Positions 35,539-44,872 of a stretch of 64,000 bases of DNA are shown here, piece by piece (position 1 is the stretch's first letter; every line of letters starts with the position of its first letter). A program made the translations under genes and the position numbers. The stretch comes from Gemmatimonadales bacterium. Lineage in GTDB: Bacteria > Gemmatimonadota > Gemmatimonadetes > Gemmatimonadales > GWC2-71-9. The DNA lies in the NCBI GenBank assembly GCA_048499805.1, contig JASNZF010000004.1:224067-288066 (forward strand), in the 5' to 3' direction. The notes beneath the pieces are model-generated. The model saw nothing but the letters and a program-made list of their open reading frames with translations. It was not told the DNA's origin and ran no database searches.

Positions 35539-38037
35539 ATGACCTCTGAGCACCTGCGCCAGTTGCGGCGCCTCTTCGACCAGGTCCTCGATGCGCCGCC
35601 GTCCCAGCGCGAGGTGGTGCTGGACGCGCTGACGAGCGGCGACCCCGCCCTGCGGGGGGAGCTCCAGGCGCTGCTGGCCGATCAGGCCGCCGACACCCGC
35701 GGCCTGCGCGACGAGGTGGAACCCGACGGTATCCTGCTTGGCGTGGCCAACGACCTGTCGGGCGCGGTCCTGGGGGCCTACCTGCTCGAGCGGCGGATCG
35801 GCCGGGGCGGCATGGGTGAGGTCTACCTTGCCTCGCGCAGCGATGGCCAGTTCTCCCGGCGCGTCGCGGTGAAGTTGATCCGCCCGGGAATGGACTCCAT
35901 GGTCCTCCTGCGGCGGTTCCAGCAGGAGCGCCAGATCCTGGCCGCCCTCAATCATCCGGGCATCGCCACCCTGCTCGATGCCGGGGTGACGCCCGCGGGC
36001 CGCCCCTTCCTGGTCATGGAATACGTGGACGGCCAGCCGATCACGACCTGGTGCGCCGCGGCGTCGCTGCCCATGGACGCCCGCATCCAGCTGTTCCGGG
36101 AGGTCTGCGCCGCGGTCCAGTTCGCCCACCGCAACCTGGTGATCCATCGCGACCTCAAGCCCGCGAACATCCTGGTGACCGAGTCCGGTGGGGTCAAGCT
36201 GCTGGACTTCGGCATCGCCAAGCTGGTGCGCCCGCTGGAGGAAGCCGGCGAGGCCACCACCTTGAGCGGCCGCGCGATGACGCCCTCGTATGCCAGCCCC
36301 GAACAGATCCGCGGCGAACCGGTCACCACCAGCAGCGACGTCTTCTCCCTCGGCGTCATCCTCTTCGAGCTGCTGACGGGCCGGCAACCCCTCGAACTCG
36401 ACGGCATGTCGATCGCCGAGGCGATCAGCAAGGCGACCACGGAGGAGCCGCCGAGGCCCAGCGCGGTGATCACGGACGAAGCCGTCGGCACGCCGGTGGA
36501 CCGGCGGGAGTGGCAGCGGCGGCTGGTGGGGGACCTCGACAACATCGTGCTCAAGGCGATGCGCAAGGATCCGACCCAGCGGTACGGCACGGTGAGCGAG
36601 TTGGCAGACGACCTGGAGCGGTTCCTCAATCATCGACCGGTGCTGGCTCGGCCGGCCACCCTCCGCTACCGGTTCCGGAAGTTCATGGCCCGCAACCGGA
36701 CGCCGGTGATCGTGGCGGGGGCTGGCCTGCTGGCGCTGGTCCTGGGCGTGGCCGGCACGGTGAGCCAAGCCCAGCGCGCGGCGGTGGAGCGCGGCCGGGT
36801 GCTGCAGCAGATGGCGGATGTCCGGGCCACCGCGGCGGCGCTGCTGTTTGAGGTTCATGACGCCGTGGCCGAGCTGCCGGGGGCCACCGAGGCCCGCCGG
36901 ATGATCGTGGCCCAGGGGATCCAGAGCTTGGAGACGCTTTCCGCCCAGGTGGCGGGAGACCCGGACCTCGAGTGGGAACTGGCCGAGGCCTACCTGCGCA
37001 CCGGCCTGGTGCAGGGGGATCCGACGCGGGCGAGCCTGGGCGACCTCGGTGGAGCCGCCACCAGCTTCCGGCGGGCGATCGAGATCGCGGATCGGCTGGT
37101 GGCGGCCGCTCCGCGCGACATGCGCGCGCGCCGCACCCTGGCGCTTGCCCACGAGAAGCTCGGCGATGCGCTGGCCTGGGCCGGTGAAGTGGACGAGGGC
37201 GTGCGGCATTCGCGCGAGGCCCTGGATGGCTACCGCGCGATTGCCGCTACCTTCCCTGACAGCGGGCGCCACCAACTCTCCGTCGCGATCAGTCTCGTCA
37301 AGCTGGGCGACCTTTCCGGCAACCCCAACTTTCCCAACCTGGGGCAGCGGGATTCCTCGATCGCCCGGTATGAGGAGGCACGCGCGATGCTCGGTTCACC
37401 CGCCCTGGTCGAGGCCCCGACCTGGGGCACGCGGCGGTACGGGGCGCTGGTCGACGAGCGGATCGGCACCCTGCATCGGGCCGCCGAGCGGTATGCCGAG
37501 GCCCGGGCGGCATTTGAGCGATCCCTGGCGGTGCGCACGGTCCTGGCGACCGAGGATCCCGCCAACAACGACGCCCGCCGGGATGTGGGTGTCACCCAGC
37601 AGAACCTCTGCGAGGTCAACCTGGCACTGGATCGTGTCGAACCCGCGCTGGTGCTCTGCCAGGATGCGGATGCCGTCTACGGGGCCCTGCATCGGGCCGA
37701 CCCGAGCAACGCCCAGGCGGTGCGCGACGTGGCGATCGGGGCCTTTTCGCTTTCGGGAGCGCGCCGCGCCACCGGCGACAGGGCGGGCGCGCTGGAGGCG
37801 CTGGAGAAGGGTGCCGACTTCCTGCGGGATGCCCTGGCCCGGGAGCCCGCCAATGTGCCCAACCGGCTGCTCCTGGCACGGACGCTGGCACGCCACACCC
37901 TCTTCGCCCGAGAGGCGGGCCGGCCGGCGCCGTGGGCCGCCGCCGCCGTGGCGGCGCTGCGCGAACTCCAGGCCGAGGGGCATCTCGGCCCCGACGACGA
38001 GGGAACGCTGGCGCGGGTGGTGGGCCCAGGGAGGTAG
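35539..38037 (+). CDS. Ser/Thr protein kinase with one TM helix and a C-terminal TPR-like repeat domain (832 aa)
   Basis: Kinase subdomains: GRGGMGEVYLA, VAVKLIRP, HRDLKPANILV, DFGIAKL, PSYASPEQ. TM TPVIVAGAGLLALVLGVAGTV. Long helical-repeat C-terminus. Confidence 0.9.
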   Translation: MTSEHLRQLRRLFDQVLDAPPSQREVVLDALTSGDPALRGELQALLADQAADTRGLRDEVEPDGILLGVANDLSGAVLGAYLLERRIGRGGMGEVYLASRSDGQFSRRVAVKLIRPGMDSMVLLRRFQQERQILAALNHPGIATLLDAGVTPAGRPFLVMEYVDGQPITTWCAAASLPMDARIQLFREVCAAVQFAHRNLVIHRDLKPANILVTESGGVKLLDFGIAKLVRPLEEAGEATTLSGRAMTPSYASPEQIRGEPVTTSSDVFSLGVILFELLTGRQPLELDGMSIAEAISKATTEEPPRPSAVITDEAVGTPVDRREWQRRLVGDLDNIVLKAMRKDPTQRYGTVSELADDLERFLNHRPVLARPATLRYRFRKFMARNRTPVIVAGAGLLALVLGVAGTVSQAQRAAVERGRVLQQMADVRATAAALLFEVHDAVAELPGATEARRMIVAQGIQSLETLSAQVAGDPDLEWELAEAYLRTGLVQGDPTRASLGDLGGAATSFRRAIEIADRLVAAAPRDMRARRTLALAHEKLGDALAWAGEVDEGVRHSREALDGYRAIAATFPDSGRHQLSVAISLVKLGDLSGNPNFPNLGQRDSSIARYEEARAMLGSPALVEAPTWGTRRYGALVDERIGTLHRAAERYAEARAAFERSLAVRTVLATEDPANNDARRDVGVTQQNLCEVNLALDRVEPALVLCQDADAVYGALHRADPSNAQAVRDVAIGAFSLSGARRATGDRAGALEALEKGADFLRDALAREPANVPNRLLLARTLARHTLFAREAGRPAPWAAAAVAALRELQAEGHLGPDDEGTLARVVGPGR

Positions 38038-38084
38038 GTGGTTGGGACAGCCGTCCCGTCATCGCGTTTGCGTGCCCAGCGGTC

Positions 38085-39302
38085 CTAGCTGGCGTCGGCC
38101 ACGAACTCCGCCACCGCGTCCGCCGCCGCATCCACCTCCGCCTCGGTGTTGTAGTAGTGCGGGGACAGCCGCACCGCCCCTTCCACCCCCTTCTCGGCGA
38201 AATCATACCGGCCGTACTCGCGCAAGGACGCGACGGTGTTGATCCGCCGGGCCATCAGGAACTGCACCAGCTCCTGGGCGGTGCCTCGCGGCGCCGACAT
38301 GGTGACGATGGCGCATCGGGTGGCCCCGCGATCCAAAACCCGGACCCCTTCGATGTTCCCCAGTGCTTCCCGCAAGCGCGCCGCCAGGCCCCAGGCCCGG
38401 GCACTGGCGGTGTCGATCCCCACCTCCCGCGCGTAGCGCGCCGCTTCGCCCTGGCCCAGGACCAGCGCGTAGGGAAACTCCCAGTCCTCGAATCGCTGGG
38501 CACCCTCGGCCAGGGCGAATCGGTCGTCCGCCACCCAGCGCGCCCCGCGCATGTCGACCATCAGGGGGTAGGCGCCGCGAGCCAGGGCATGATCCGAGAC
38601 ATACAGGAAGCCGATGCCCCGGGGACCGCGCAGGAACTTCCGTCCCGTCGCCGAGAGGTAGTCGCACTGCAGCGCGGTGACATCAATCGGGATCTGGCCC
38701 ACTGCCTGGCAGGCGTCGACCAGGTAGGGCACCTCGAGTTCGCGACAGGCGGCGCCCACCGCCGCCACATCCTGCACCAGCCCGGAGTTGGTCGGGATCC
38801 AGGTGATCGCCACCAGCCGGCACCGCCCGCCCGCTGCGCCCACCGCTGCACGCACCCCTTCCGGGTCGACACCACCCTCGGGAAGGTCCGGGGCATGGAG
38901 GATCCGGACGCCGAGGCGCTGGCGCAGCGCCAGGTACTGCAGCTGGTTGGAGATGTAGTCGCAGCGCGAGGTGACGATCACGTCGCCGGAGGCGAAGTCG
39001 AAGCTGCTCAGCGCCCGCGCAAACGCGTCGGTGGCATTCGCCGCCACGGCGATGTTCCGTGCTGGTGCGCCGACCATCCCCCCCAGGTGGGTGTAGCTGG
39101 CCTGGATCTGGTCGGCCCGTCCATCGGAAGCTTCGTACCCGCCGGTCTCGAGCTCCAGCTCCAGGTGCTCGCGCATGACGCGGTACACGCTGTGCGGCAT
39201 CAGCGCGGCACCGGCGTTGTTCAGGTGGTTCCGGTGCTCGGTGCCCGGGGTGTCGGCGCGCCACTGCGCCAGCCGGGTCGCGTCAGGGGGGCCATCCATC
39301 AT
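38085..39302 (-). CDS. Class V aminotransferase-fold PLP enzyme (cysteine-desulfurase / isopenicillin-N-epimerase-like)
   Basis: Internal Met start MMDGPPDATRLAQWRADTPGTEHRNHLNNAGAALMP. ...LVDACQAVGQIPIDVTALQCDYLSATGRKFLRGPRGIGFLYV, with the Lys in GRKFL at the PLP-lysine position of class V enzymes. Confidence 0.75.
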   Translation of the reverse strand: MMDGPPDATRLAQWRADTPGTEHRNHLNNAGAALMPHSVYRVMREHLELELETGGYEASDGRADQIQASYTHLGGMVGAPARNIAVAANATDAFARALSSFDFASGDVIVTSRCDYISNQLQYLALRQRLGVRILHAPDLPEGGVDPEGVRAAVGAAGGRCRLVAITWIPTNSGLVQDVAAVGAACRELEVPYLVDACQAVGQIPIDVTALQCDYLSATGRKFLRGPRGIGFLYVSDHALARGAYPLMVDMRGARWVADDRFALAEGAQRFEDWEFPYALVLGQGEAARYAREVGIDTASARAWGLAARLREALGNIEGVRVLDRGATRCAIVTMSAPRGTAQELVQFLMARRINTVASLREYGRYDFAEKGVEGAVRLSPHYYNTEAEVDAAADAVAEFVADAS

Positions 39303-39876
39303 GTCGGGCGCTCCGGTGAAAGGGTGCGTGCCATCAGCCAGTCGGTTTCCACCCGCGACCCCCAGGTGAACGGTGTGCTCCCGACGATCACGAACCCGGC
39401 TCGCTCGTAGAAGCGGATGGCCCAGTGGGCCTCCTGCCACACCTGGAGCCAGGCCAGCGCCGCGCCGGCCCGGCCAGCCAGCGCGACGCAGCTGGCCATC
39501 AGGGCGTCCGCGATGCCCCGGCCATGCCAGGCGCGGTCCAGGTAGAAGCGCTGGATCTCGATGGCGGGGCGACCCCGCCATTCCGGGATGTCGAGGGGGG
39601 CATCCGGGCGGAGCTGGGCGTAGCCGATCGGACCGGCTCCGTCCGCCTCCACCAGCAACACCGCGACGATTCCCAGGCGAATGCGGTCCGCCAGGTCCGT
39701 GGGGCGGAACGCCGTGGCGAGGTAGGCGCCGAGCTCGGGCTCCGGGTGGGTTGGACCGTACGCCTGCGCGAAGAGCCGGGCTCCGAGGGACGCGATCAGT
39801 TCCGCATCGGCTTCCCCGGCGGGTCGAACGACGAGCCCGGTGGCCAGGGTCTGGGGGGAGCGCGCGTGGGACGGCA
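39299..39876 (-). CDS. GNAT-family N-acetyltransferase (192 aa)
   Basis: The C-terminal half of ORF 39299..40423 has GNAT motifs (...IGYAQL..., RGRGIADALMASCVALAGRAGAALAWLQVWQEAHWAIRFYERAGFVIVG). Start ATG is at 39876. The N-terminal half of the long ORF is antisense to a TerB gene and is rejected. Confidence 0.7.
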
Positions 39877-39964
39877 TGGTCCCAAGATAGCTCGCCGCCC
39901 GGGCACGCTGGCGCCAGGCGCGCTGTCGCGGTAGGCTACCGGGTCCCCCATTGCGGAGCACGAG

Positions 39965-40486
39965 ATGCTGGAAGCCATCCGACGGTTCGTGACCGGTCGC
40001 ATCACCCCACCCGCCGCCCCGGCGGTGGAACGGACCGCGCCGACCGTCCAGCTGGCCGCATGTGCCCTGCTGCTCGAGCTGGCCCACGCCGATGGCGAAT
40101 TCACCGCCGAGGAGCAGCGCCACATCGAGGGGGCGCTGATCCGCCACTTCGGGCTCGATGAAGCGACCGCCGGGGAACTCCTCGAGCTGGCCGAGGCGGA
40201 GCGAGGCCAGTCGGTCGACCATTTCCAGTTCACCCGCCTGATCGCCGAACAGTACGACCTGGGCCAGAAGATGGTGCTCGCCGAGCTGATGTGGGGGGTG
40301 ATCCTGGCGGACGGGAAGCTGGGGGACCACGAGGCACACCTGGTGCGGAAGATGGCGCACCTGCTGGAGCTCAAGCCGGGGTACTTGTCCGAGGCCAGGA
40401 AAGCCGCCAGTATCCTGGATCAATCCGGCTCCACCTCGGGTGCGGAGTTCCAGGCGCCGTCGGGTGACTCCGCTCCGGACCCGTGA
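39965..40486 (+). CDS. TerB-family (tellurite-resistance TerB-like) protein
   Basis: LLLELAHADGEFTAEEQRHIEGAL...LAELMWGVILADGKLGDHEAHLVRKMAHLLEL is the TerB/DjlA-N-like two-helix repeat pattern. Confidence 0.7.
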   Translation: MLEAIRRFVTGRITPPAAPAVERTAPTVQLAACALLLELAHADGEFTAEEQRHIEGALIRHFGLDEATAGELLELAEAERGQSVDHFQFTRLIAEQYDLGQKMVLAELMWGVILADGKLGDHEAHLVRKMAHLLELKPGYLSEARKAASILDQSGSTSGAEFQAPSGDSAPDP

Positions 40487-40534
40487 GTCCGACCACGTCC
40501 CCTCGCCATCTGATCAGCTGACCCTGGAGCTCCC

Positions 40535-41380
40535 ATGCGCTGGACCCGCGGCGGACGCAGCAGCAACCTCGAGGATCGTCGGGGCCAGTCGGGCGGTGGC
40601 TTTCGCGGCGGTGGGAAGCTGGGCCTGGGCGGGGTCGTGATCCTCCTCCTGCTCAGCGTGGTCTTCAAGCAGGACTTCACGGCCCTGGTGGGGGGTGCGG
40701 GTGCCCTGGGTGGAGGGGTGGAATCCGGACCGGCCACGCCGCTCAACGATCCGGCCGAGGAGGAGATGGTCGAGTTCGTCTCCTTCGTGCTCGACGACGC
40801 CCAGCAGGTCTGGGCCCAGCTCTTTGCGGAATCCGGCAGCCAATATCCTCCGGCGCAGCTGGTGCTCTTCCGGGAGGGCGTCAACTCGGCGTGTGGAACG
40901 GCCAGCTCGGCCACCGGCCCCTTCTACTGCCCGGGCGACAACAAGGTCTACATCGACCTGGGGTTCTTCGACGACCTCGACCGTCAGTTCGGCGCACCGG
41001 GAGACTTTGCCCAGGCGTATGTGCTGGCCCATGAGATCGGCCATCACGTCCAGGCCGTCGTGGGAACCGATGAGCAGATGCGCCGGGCCCAGCAACGCGA
41101 TCCCGGCCAGGCCAACGCGCTCTCGGTGCGCCTCGAACTTCAGGCCGACTGCCTGGCCGGCGTCTGGGGCTACTACGCCGCCCAGCGCAACCTGCTCGAG
41201 CGCGGCGACATGGAGGAAGGCCTGCGAGCCGCCGCCGCCATCGGGGACGACCGGCTGCAGCGCCAGGCCGGCGGCTCGGTGCGGCCCGAGAGCTTCACCC
41301 ACGGATCGTCGGCGCAGCGGGTGGAGTGGTTTCGGCGCGGCCTCGAGTCGGGCCGGATCGACGCCTGCCAGACCTTCTAG
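40535..41380 (+). CDS. Putative neutral zinc metallopeptidase (YpfJ/Zn_peptidase family)
   Basis: N-terminal TM GGVVILLLLSVVF. Conserved PAQLVLFREGVNSACGTASSATGPFYCPGDNKVYIDLGFF...AYVLAHEIGHHVQ...LQADCLAGVW with the HEIGHH zinc motif. Confidence 0.85.
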   Translation: MRWTRGGRSSNLEDRRGQSGGGFRGGGKLGLGGVVILLLLSVVFKQDFTALVGGAGALGGGVESGPATPLNDPAEEEMVEFVSFVLDDAQQVWAQLFAESGSQYPPAQLVLFREGVNSACGTASSATGPFYCPGDNKVYIDLGFFDDLDRQFGAPGDFAQAYVLAHEIGHHVQAVVGTDEQMRRAQQRDPGQANALSVRLELQADCLAGVWGYYAAQRNLLERGDMEEGLRAAAAIGDDRLQRQAGGSVRPESFTHGSSAQRVEWFRRGLESGRIDACQTF

Positions 41381-41491
41381 GGTCCGCAGCCGTCCCCGGC
41401 GCATTGCCCGACCCCGTCGCCGGCGATATCGTTCGCTGCAGCAATGGCACACCCTGCCACTGTTTTCCCCTGATCCAAGGATGACAACGCC

Positions 41492-42613
41492 ATGACCATG
41501 GAACGGCGTGCGTTCCTCAAGAGCGCGGCGCTCGGCGTCGCAGGCACCAGCGCGGTGGCCGCCTGCGGCGGCGCGGCCAACGGCCCGGCATCCGCCGGGG
41601 AGGTGGTCACGGGCCCGGAGGTCACCTGGCGCCTGGCGTCCAGCTTTCCGCGGAGCCTCGACATCATCTACGGATCGGTCGAGCGGTTCGCCGCGCGGGT
41701 TGGCCAGCTCACCGGCGGCCGTTTTACCATCCGGACCTACCCCGCCGGCGAACTGGTGCCAGGCCTGCAGGTGATGGATGCCGTCCAGCAGGGCACGGTG
41801 CACGCCGGGCACTCGGCGACCTACTACTACCTCGGCAAGAACCCCGCCCTCGCCTTTGACACCGGCGTCCCCTTCGGTCTCACCGCCCGGCAGCAGAATG
41901 CCTGGCTCGGCCAGGGCGGGGGCCGTGACGCCCTGCGGCCGATCTTCGCCGAGTTCGGGATCGTCCAGTTCGCCTGCGGCAATACCGGCACCCAGTTCGG
42001 GGGGTGGTTCCGCCAGCCGATCACCTCGGTGGCCGACCTCCGGGGGCTCCGGATGCGGATGCCGGGGCTGGGTGGGGAGGTGATGTCCAAGCTCGGCGTC
42101 TCGGTGCAGACCCTGGCGGGTGGCGAGATCTATCCCGCGCTCGAGCGCGGGGCGATCGACGCCACCGAGTGGATCGGCCCGCACGACGACGAGAAGCTCG
42201 GCTTCCACCAGATCGCCAAGAACTACTACTACCCGGGTTGGCACGAGCCGGGGGTCTCCCTGACCCTGATGGTCAACCAGGAGGCGCTTGACGCGCTGCC
42301 CGAGGTGTATCGCCATGTGGTGGAGGTGGCCGCGGCTGAGCAGAATCACGAGATGCTGGAGCGCTACGACGCGTCGAATCCACCGGCCCTGGCACGGCTC
42401 CGCGCCGCCGGGGTCGAGGTCCGCCCCTTCCCCGAGGAGGTCCTCGAGGCGGTGTGGCGGGAGAGCCAGGCGCTCCTGGACGGGTATGCCGCCCAAAGCG
42501 CCCAGTTCAAGGCGATCTACGAGCCGTGGAAGACCTACCGGCAGGAGTCCTTCCGGTATTTCAGCGGCGTCGAGCAGGCCTACGCGAACTTCGCGTTTCC
42601 CAAGGTGGGGTAG
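41492..42613 (+). CDS. dctP: TRAP transporter substrate-binding protein (DctP family) with Tat signal
   Basis: MTMERRAFLKSAALGVAGTSAVAACGG (twin-Arg). Mature region ...WRLASSFPRSLDIIYGSVERFAARVGQLTGGRFTIRTYPAGELVPGLQVMDAVQQGTVHAG... is typical of DctP-type TRAP receptors. Confidence 0.8.
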   Translation: MTMERRAFLKSAALGVAGTSAVAACGGAANGPASAGEVVTGPEVTWRLASSFPRSLDIIYGSVERFAARVGQLTGGRFTIRTYPAGELVPGLQVMDAVQQGTVHAGHSATYYYLGKNPALAFDTGVPFGLTARQQNAWLGQGGGRDALRPIFAEFGIVQFACGNTGTQFGGWFRQPITSVADLRGLRMRMPGLGGEVMSKLGVSVQTLAGGEIYPALERGAIDATEWIGPHDDEKLGFHQIAKNYYYPGWHEPGVSLTLMVNQEALDALPEVYRHVVEVAAAEQNHEMLERYDASNPPALARLRAAGVEVRPFPEEVLEAVWRESQALLDGYAAQSAQFKAIYEPWKTYRQESFRYFSGVEQAYANFAFPKVG

Positions 42614-42616
42614 GAG

Positions 42617-42800
42617 GCGGGAACTGTATAGCGCCGTGTGGGGGATGGCTCCCAGCGTGGTAAGCGGGAACTGTACGGTTCCGGGTAGGGGAGCCATCCC
42701 CCCATGGTGAGCGGGAACTGTACGGTTCCGAGTAGGGGAGCCATCCCCCCATGGTGAGCAGGAACAGCGGGACTCCAGGCGGTTCCCGCTCACCATGCTG
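42617..42800. repeat. Three tandem 47-bp units (42617, 42664, 42711) plus a distal inverted arm. Unit 1 carries the core GGGGGATGGCTCCC in inverted orientation relative to units 2 and 3 (GGGAGCCATCCCC). A 17-bp stem pairs 42702..42718 with 42782..42798.
   Basis: Read directly. Units 2 and 3 differ by 1 nt. CCATGGTGAGCGGGAAC pairs with GTTCCCGCTCACCATGC. The array fills the 273-bp gap between convergent dctP and dctM. Confidence 0.8.
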
Positions 42801-42886
42801 GGAAGCCATCTCGCCACGGGGTTGTCCAGTTCCCGCTTGCCCTGCTCGGGGTCTTCCCCGCTTCGGAGCCCGACCGTTCCCGCCGC

Positions 42887-44185
42887 TCAGAACTTGAGCA
42901 GCACCATCGCCGCCACCACCGCCACCTGGATCAGGATGAACGGCACCGCACCCCGGTAGATCGCCGTGGTCGGGATGTCCGGCGGGGTGACGCCGCGCAG
43001 GTAGAACAGGGAGAAGCCGAACGGAGGCGTCAGGAACGACGTCTGCATGTTCATCGCGAGCAGCACGCCCAGCCAGGTCAGGTCGATGCCGAGGGCCGCG
43101 GCGGGGGGGGCCACCAGCGGCACGATGATGAAGCAGATCTCGAAGAAGTCGATGAAGAATCCGAGCAGGAAGACGATCACGTTCACGGTGAGCAGGAAGC
43201 CGATGGCGCCGCCCGGGAGGTTGGTCAGCAGGTCGTGGAGCCAGAGGTCGCCGTCCAGTCCGCGGAAGACCAGTGCAAACGCCATGGAGCCGATCAGCAG
43301 GAACACCACCATGATCGTGAGTCGGGCGGTCTCGTTCATGGCCGCGGCAATGCCGGCCCGCTTGAGCTGCCGGTTGAGCGCCGCCAGGATCATCGCCCCG
43401 ACGGCCCCGAGCGCGCCCGCCTCGGTCGGGGTCGCCACCCCGGCGAAGATGCTGCCCAGGACGACCACGATCAGCAGGAGCGGTGGCAGCAGCGACCGGA
43501 AGACCAGCCGGACCACGTTGCCGGTGCCGATGTCGTAGGTCTCGCGGGGGAGCGCCGGGGCGCGCCTGGGTCGGAAGAGGGCGATGCCCGCCATGTAGAG
43601 CGCGTACATCCCGGTCAGCGCCAGCCCGGGAATGACCGCGGCCTGGAACAGTGAGCCCACCGAGACCCCCAGCTGGTCGCCCAGGACGATCAGCACGATG
43701 CTCGGCGGGATGATCTGCCCCAGGGTGCCGGCGGCGGCAATCACCCCGAGGGAGAGCTTGCGCTGGTAGCCGTACCGGAGCATCACCGGCAGCGAGATCA
43801 TCCCCATGGCGGTCACCGAGGCCCCGACCACCCCGGTGGCGGCGGCCAGCAGCGCTCCGACGAACACCACCCCGAGGCCGAGGCCGCCGCGGAACCGCCC
43901 GAAGACGATCCCGATCGACTCGAGCAGCTGCTCGGCCAGCTTCGACTTCTCGAGGGTGGCGCCCATGTAGATGAAGAACGGCACCGCCAGCAGGGTATAG
44001 TTCGACATCGTGCCGAAGGCCCGCTCGGGCATCGCCATCAGCAGGACCAGGTCGAAGTGGCCGGCCAGGGAGCCGATCCCGGCGAAGAGCAGCGCCGTGC
44101 CGCCCAGGACGAACGCCACCGGGAAGCCGCTGAAGATCAGCACCAGCGCCACCAGGAACATCGCGGGACCCCAGAGGCCGTCCAT
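42887..44185 (-). CDS. dctM: TRAP transporter large permease subunit (DctM)
   Basis: Start at the internal Met MDGLWGPAMFLVALVLIFSGFPVAFVLGGTALLF. 432 aa polytopic protein with typical DctM segments (IYMGATLEKSKLAEQLL, PPSIVLIVLGDQLGVSVGSLF). The start overlaps the dctQ stop (ATGA). Confidence 0.85.
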   Translation of the reverse strand: MDGLWGPAMFLVALVLIFSGFPVAFVLGGTALLFAGIGSLAGHFDLVLLMAMPERAFGTMSNYTLLAVPFFIYMGATLEKSKLAEQLLESIGIVFGRFRGGLGLGVVFVGALLAAATGVVGASVTAMGMISLPVMLRYGYQRKLSLGVIAAAGTLGQIIPPSIVLIVLGDQLGVSVGSLFQAAVIPGLALTGMYALYMAGIALFRPRRAPALPRETYDIGTGNVVRLVFRSLLPPLLLIVVVLGSIFAGVATPTEAGALGAVGAMILAALNRQLKRAGIAAAMNETARLTIMVVFLLIGSMAFALVFRGLDGDLWLHDLLTNLPGGAIGFLLTVNVIVFLLGFFIDFFEICFIIVPLVAPPAAALGIDLTWLGVLLAMNMQTSFLTPPFGFSLFYLRGVTPPDIPTTAIYRGAVPFILIQVAVVAAMVLLKF

Positions 44186-44751
44186 CAGGACACCTGGGCC
44201 GGGGTGGCGATCGGCTCGTCGCTGTCCGCCGTGACGCGGCCCGTCAGCACCGCTACCTTGGTGATCAGCTGGGACACGGCCTGCAGCAGCAACAGCGCAA
44301 AGCAGACCAGCAGGAGGGTCTTGATCGGGTAGCGCGCCAGCCCGCCAGGATCGGGCGACCCCTCGCGGACCGCCCACGAGTTGCGGACCGCCGGCCACGA
44401 CGTCCAGAGCATCATGAGACAGAACGGCACCACGAACAGCGCGGTGCCGACCAGGTCCACCCAGGCGCGGCCGCGCGGCCCGAAGCGCGCGTACGCCACG
44501 TCCACCCGGACATGGACCTCGCGGCGCAGCCCGTAGGCCGCCCCGAGCAGGAAGATCACGCTGAACATGTACCACTGGATGTCGAACAGTGCGTTGGACG
44601 AGATGGCGAAGCCGGTGTAGCGGGTCAGGTAGCGGGCCACGGCATTGAAGGCGCCCACGGCAATCATCGCCAGTGTGAGCCAGCGAATCCCCGCGTAGAC
44701 AGTGTCGTTCAGGCGATCAACGCCACGGGCGAATCGGAGCAGCAGGTCCAT
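44185..44751 (-). CDS. dctQ: TRAP transporter small permease subunit (DctQ)
   Basis: Internal Met MDLLLRFARGVDRLNDTVYAGIRWLTLAMIAVGAFNAVARY... About 188 aa with 4 TM. One-nt overlap with dctM. Confidence 0.75.
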   Translation of the reverse strand: MDLLLRFARGVDRLNDTVYAGIRWLTLAMIAVGAFNAVARYLTRYTGFAISSNALFDIQWYMFSVIFLLGAAYGLRREVHVRVDVAYARFGPRGRAWVDLVGTALFVVPFCLMMLWTSWPAVRNSWAVREGSPDPGGLARYPIKTLLLVCFALLLLQAVSQLITKVAVLTGRVTADSDEPIATPAQVS

Positions 44752-44872
44752 GGGGCAGGCGGCTTCCCGGGATGGGGACGCAGGGGCGGGCGAGGGGTGA
44801 CGCGCCCGAGTATACGACTGGGACCGGGGCGCGGCAAGCGGGCAGGCACGAGTTCTCACCGAGGGGTGCACG

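Noticed and set aside
39299-40423. 374-aa minus-strand ORF treated as one gene
   Set aside because: Only the C-terminal 192 aa (39299..39876) have GNAT motifs. The N-terminal half is antisense to a well-formed TerB gene (39965..40486) and has the low-complexity composition of a wrong-frame translation.
42561-42809. 82-aa minus-strand ORF inside the TRAP intergenic repeat (..PWGDGSPTRNRTVP..)
   Set aside because: It is a translation of the tandem 47-bp repeat units. The same peptide motif recurs in the spurious 767-aa antisense ORF. No RBS or genic context.
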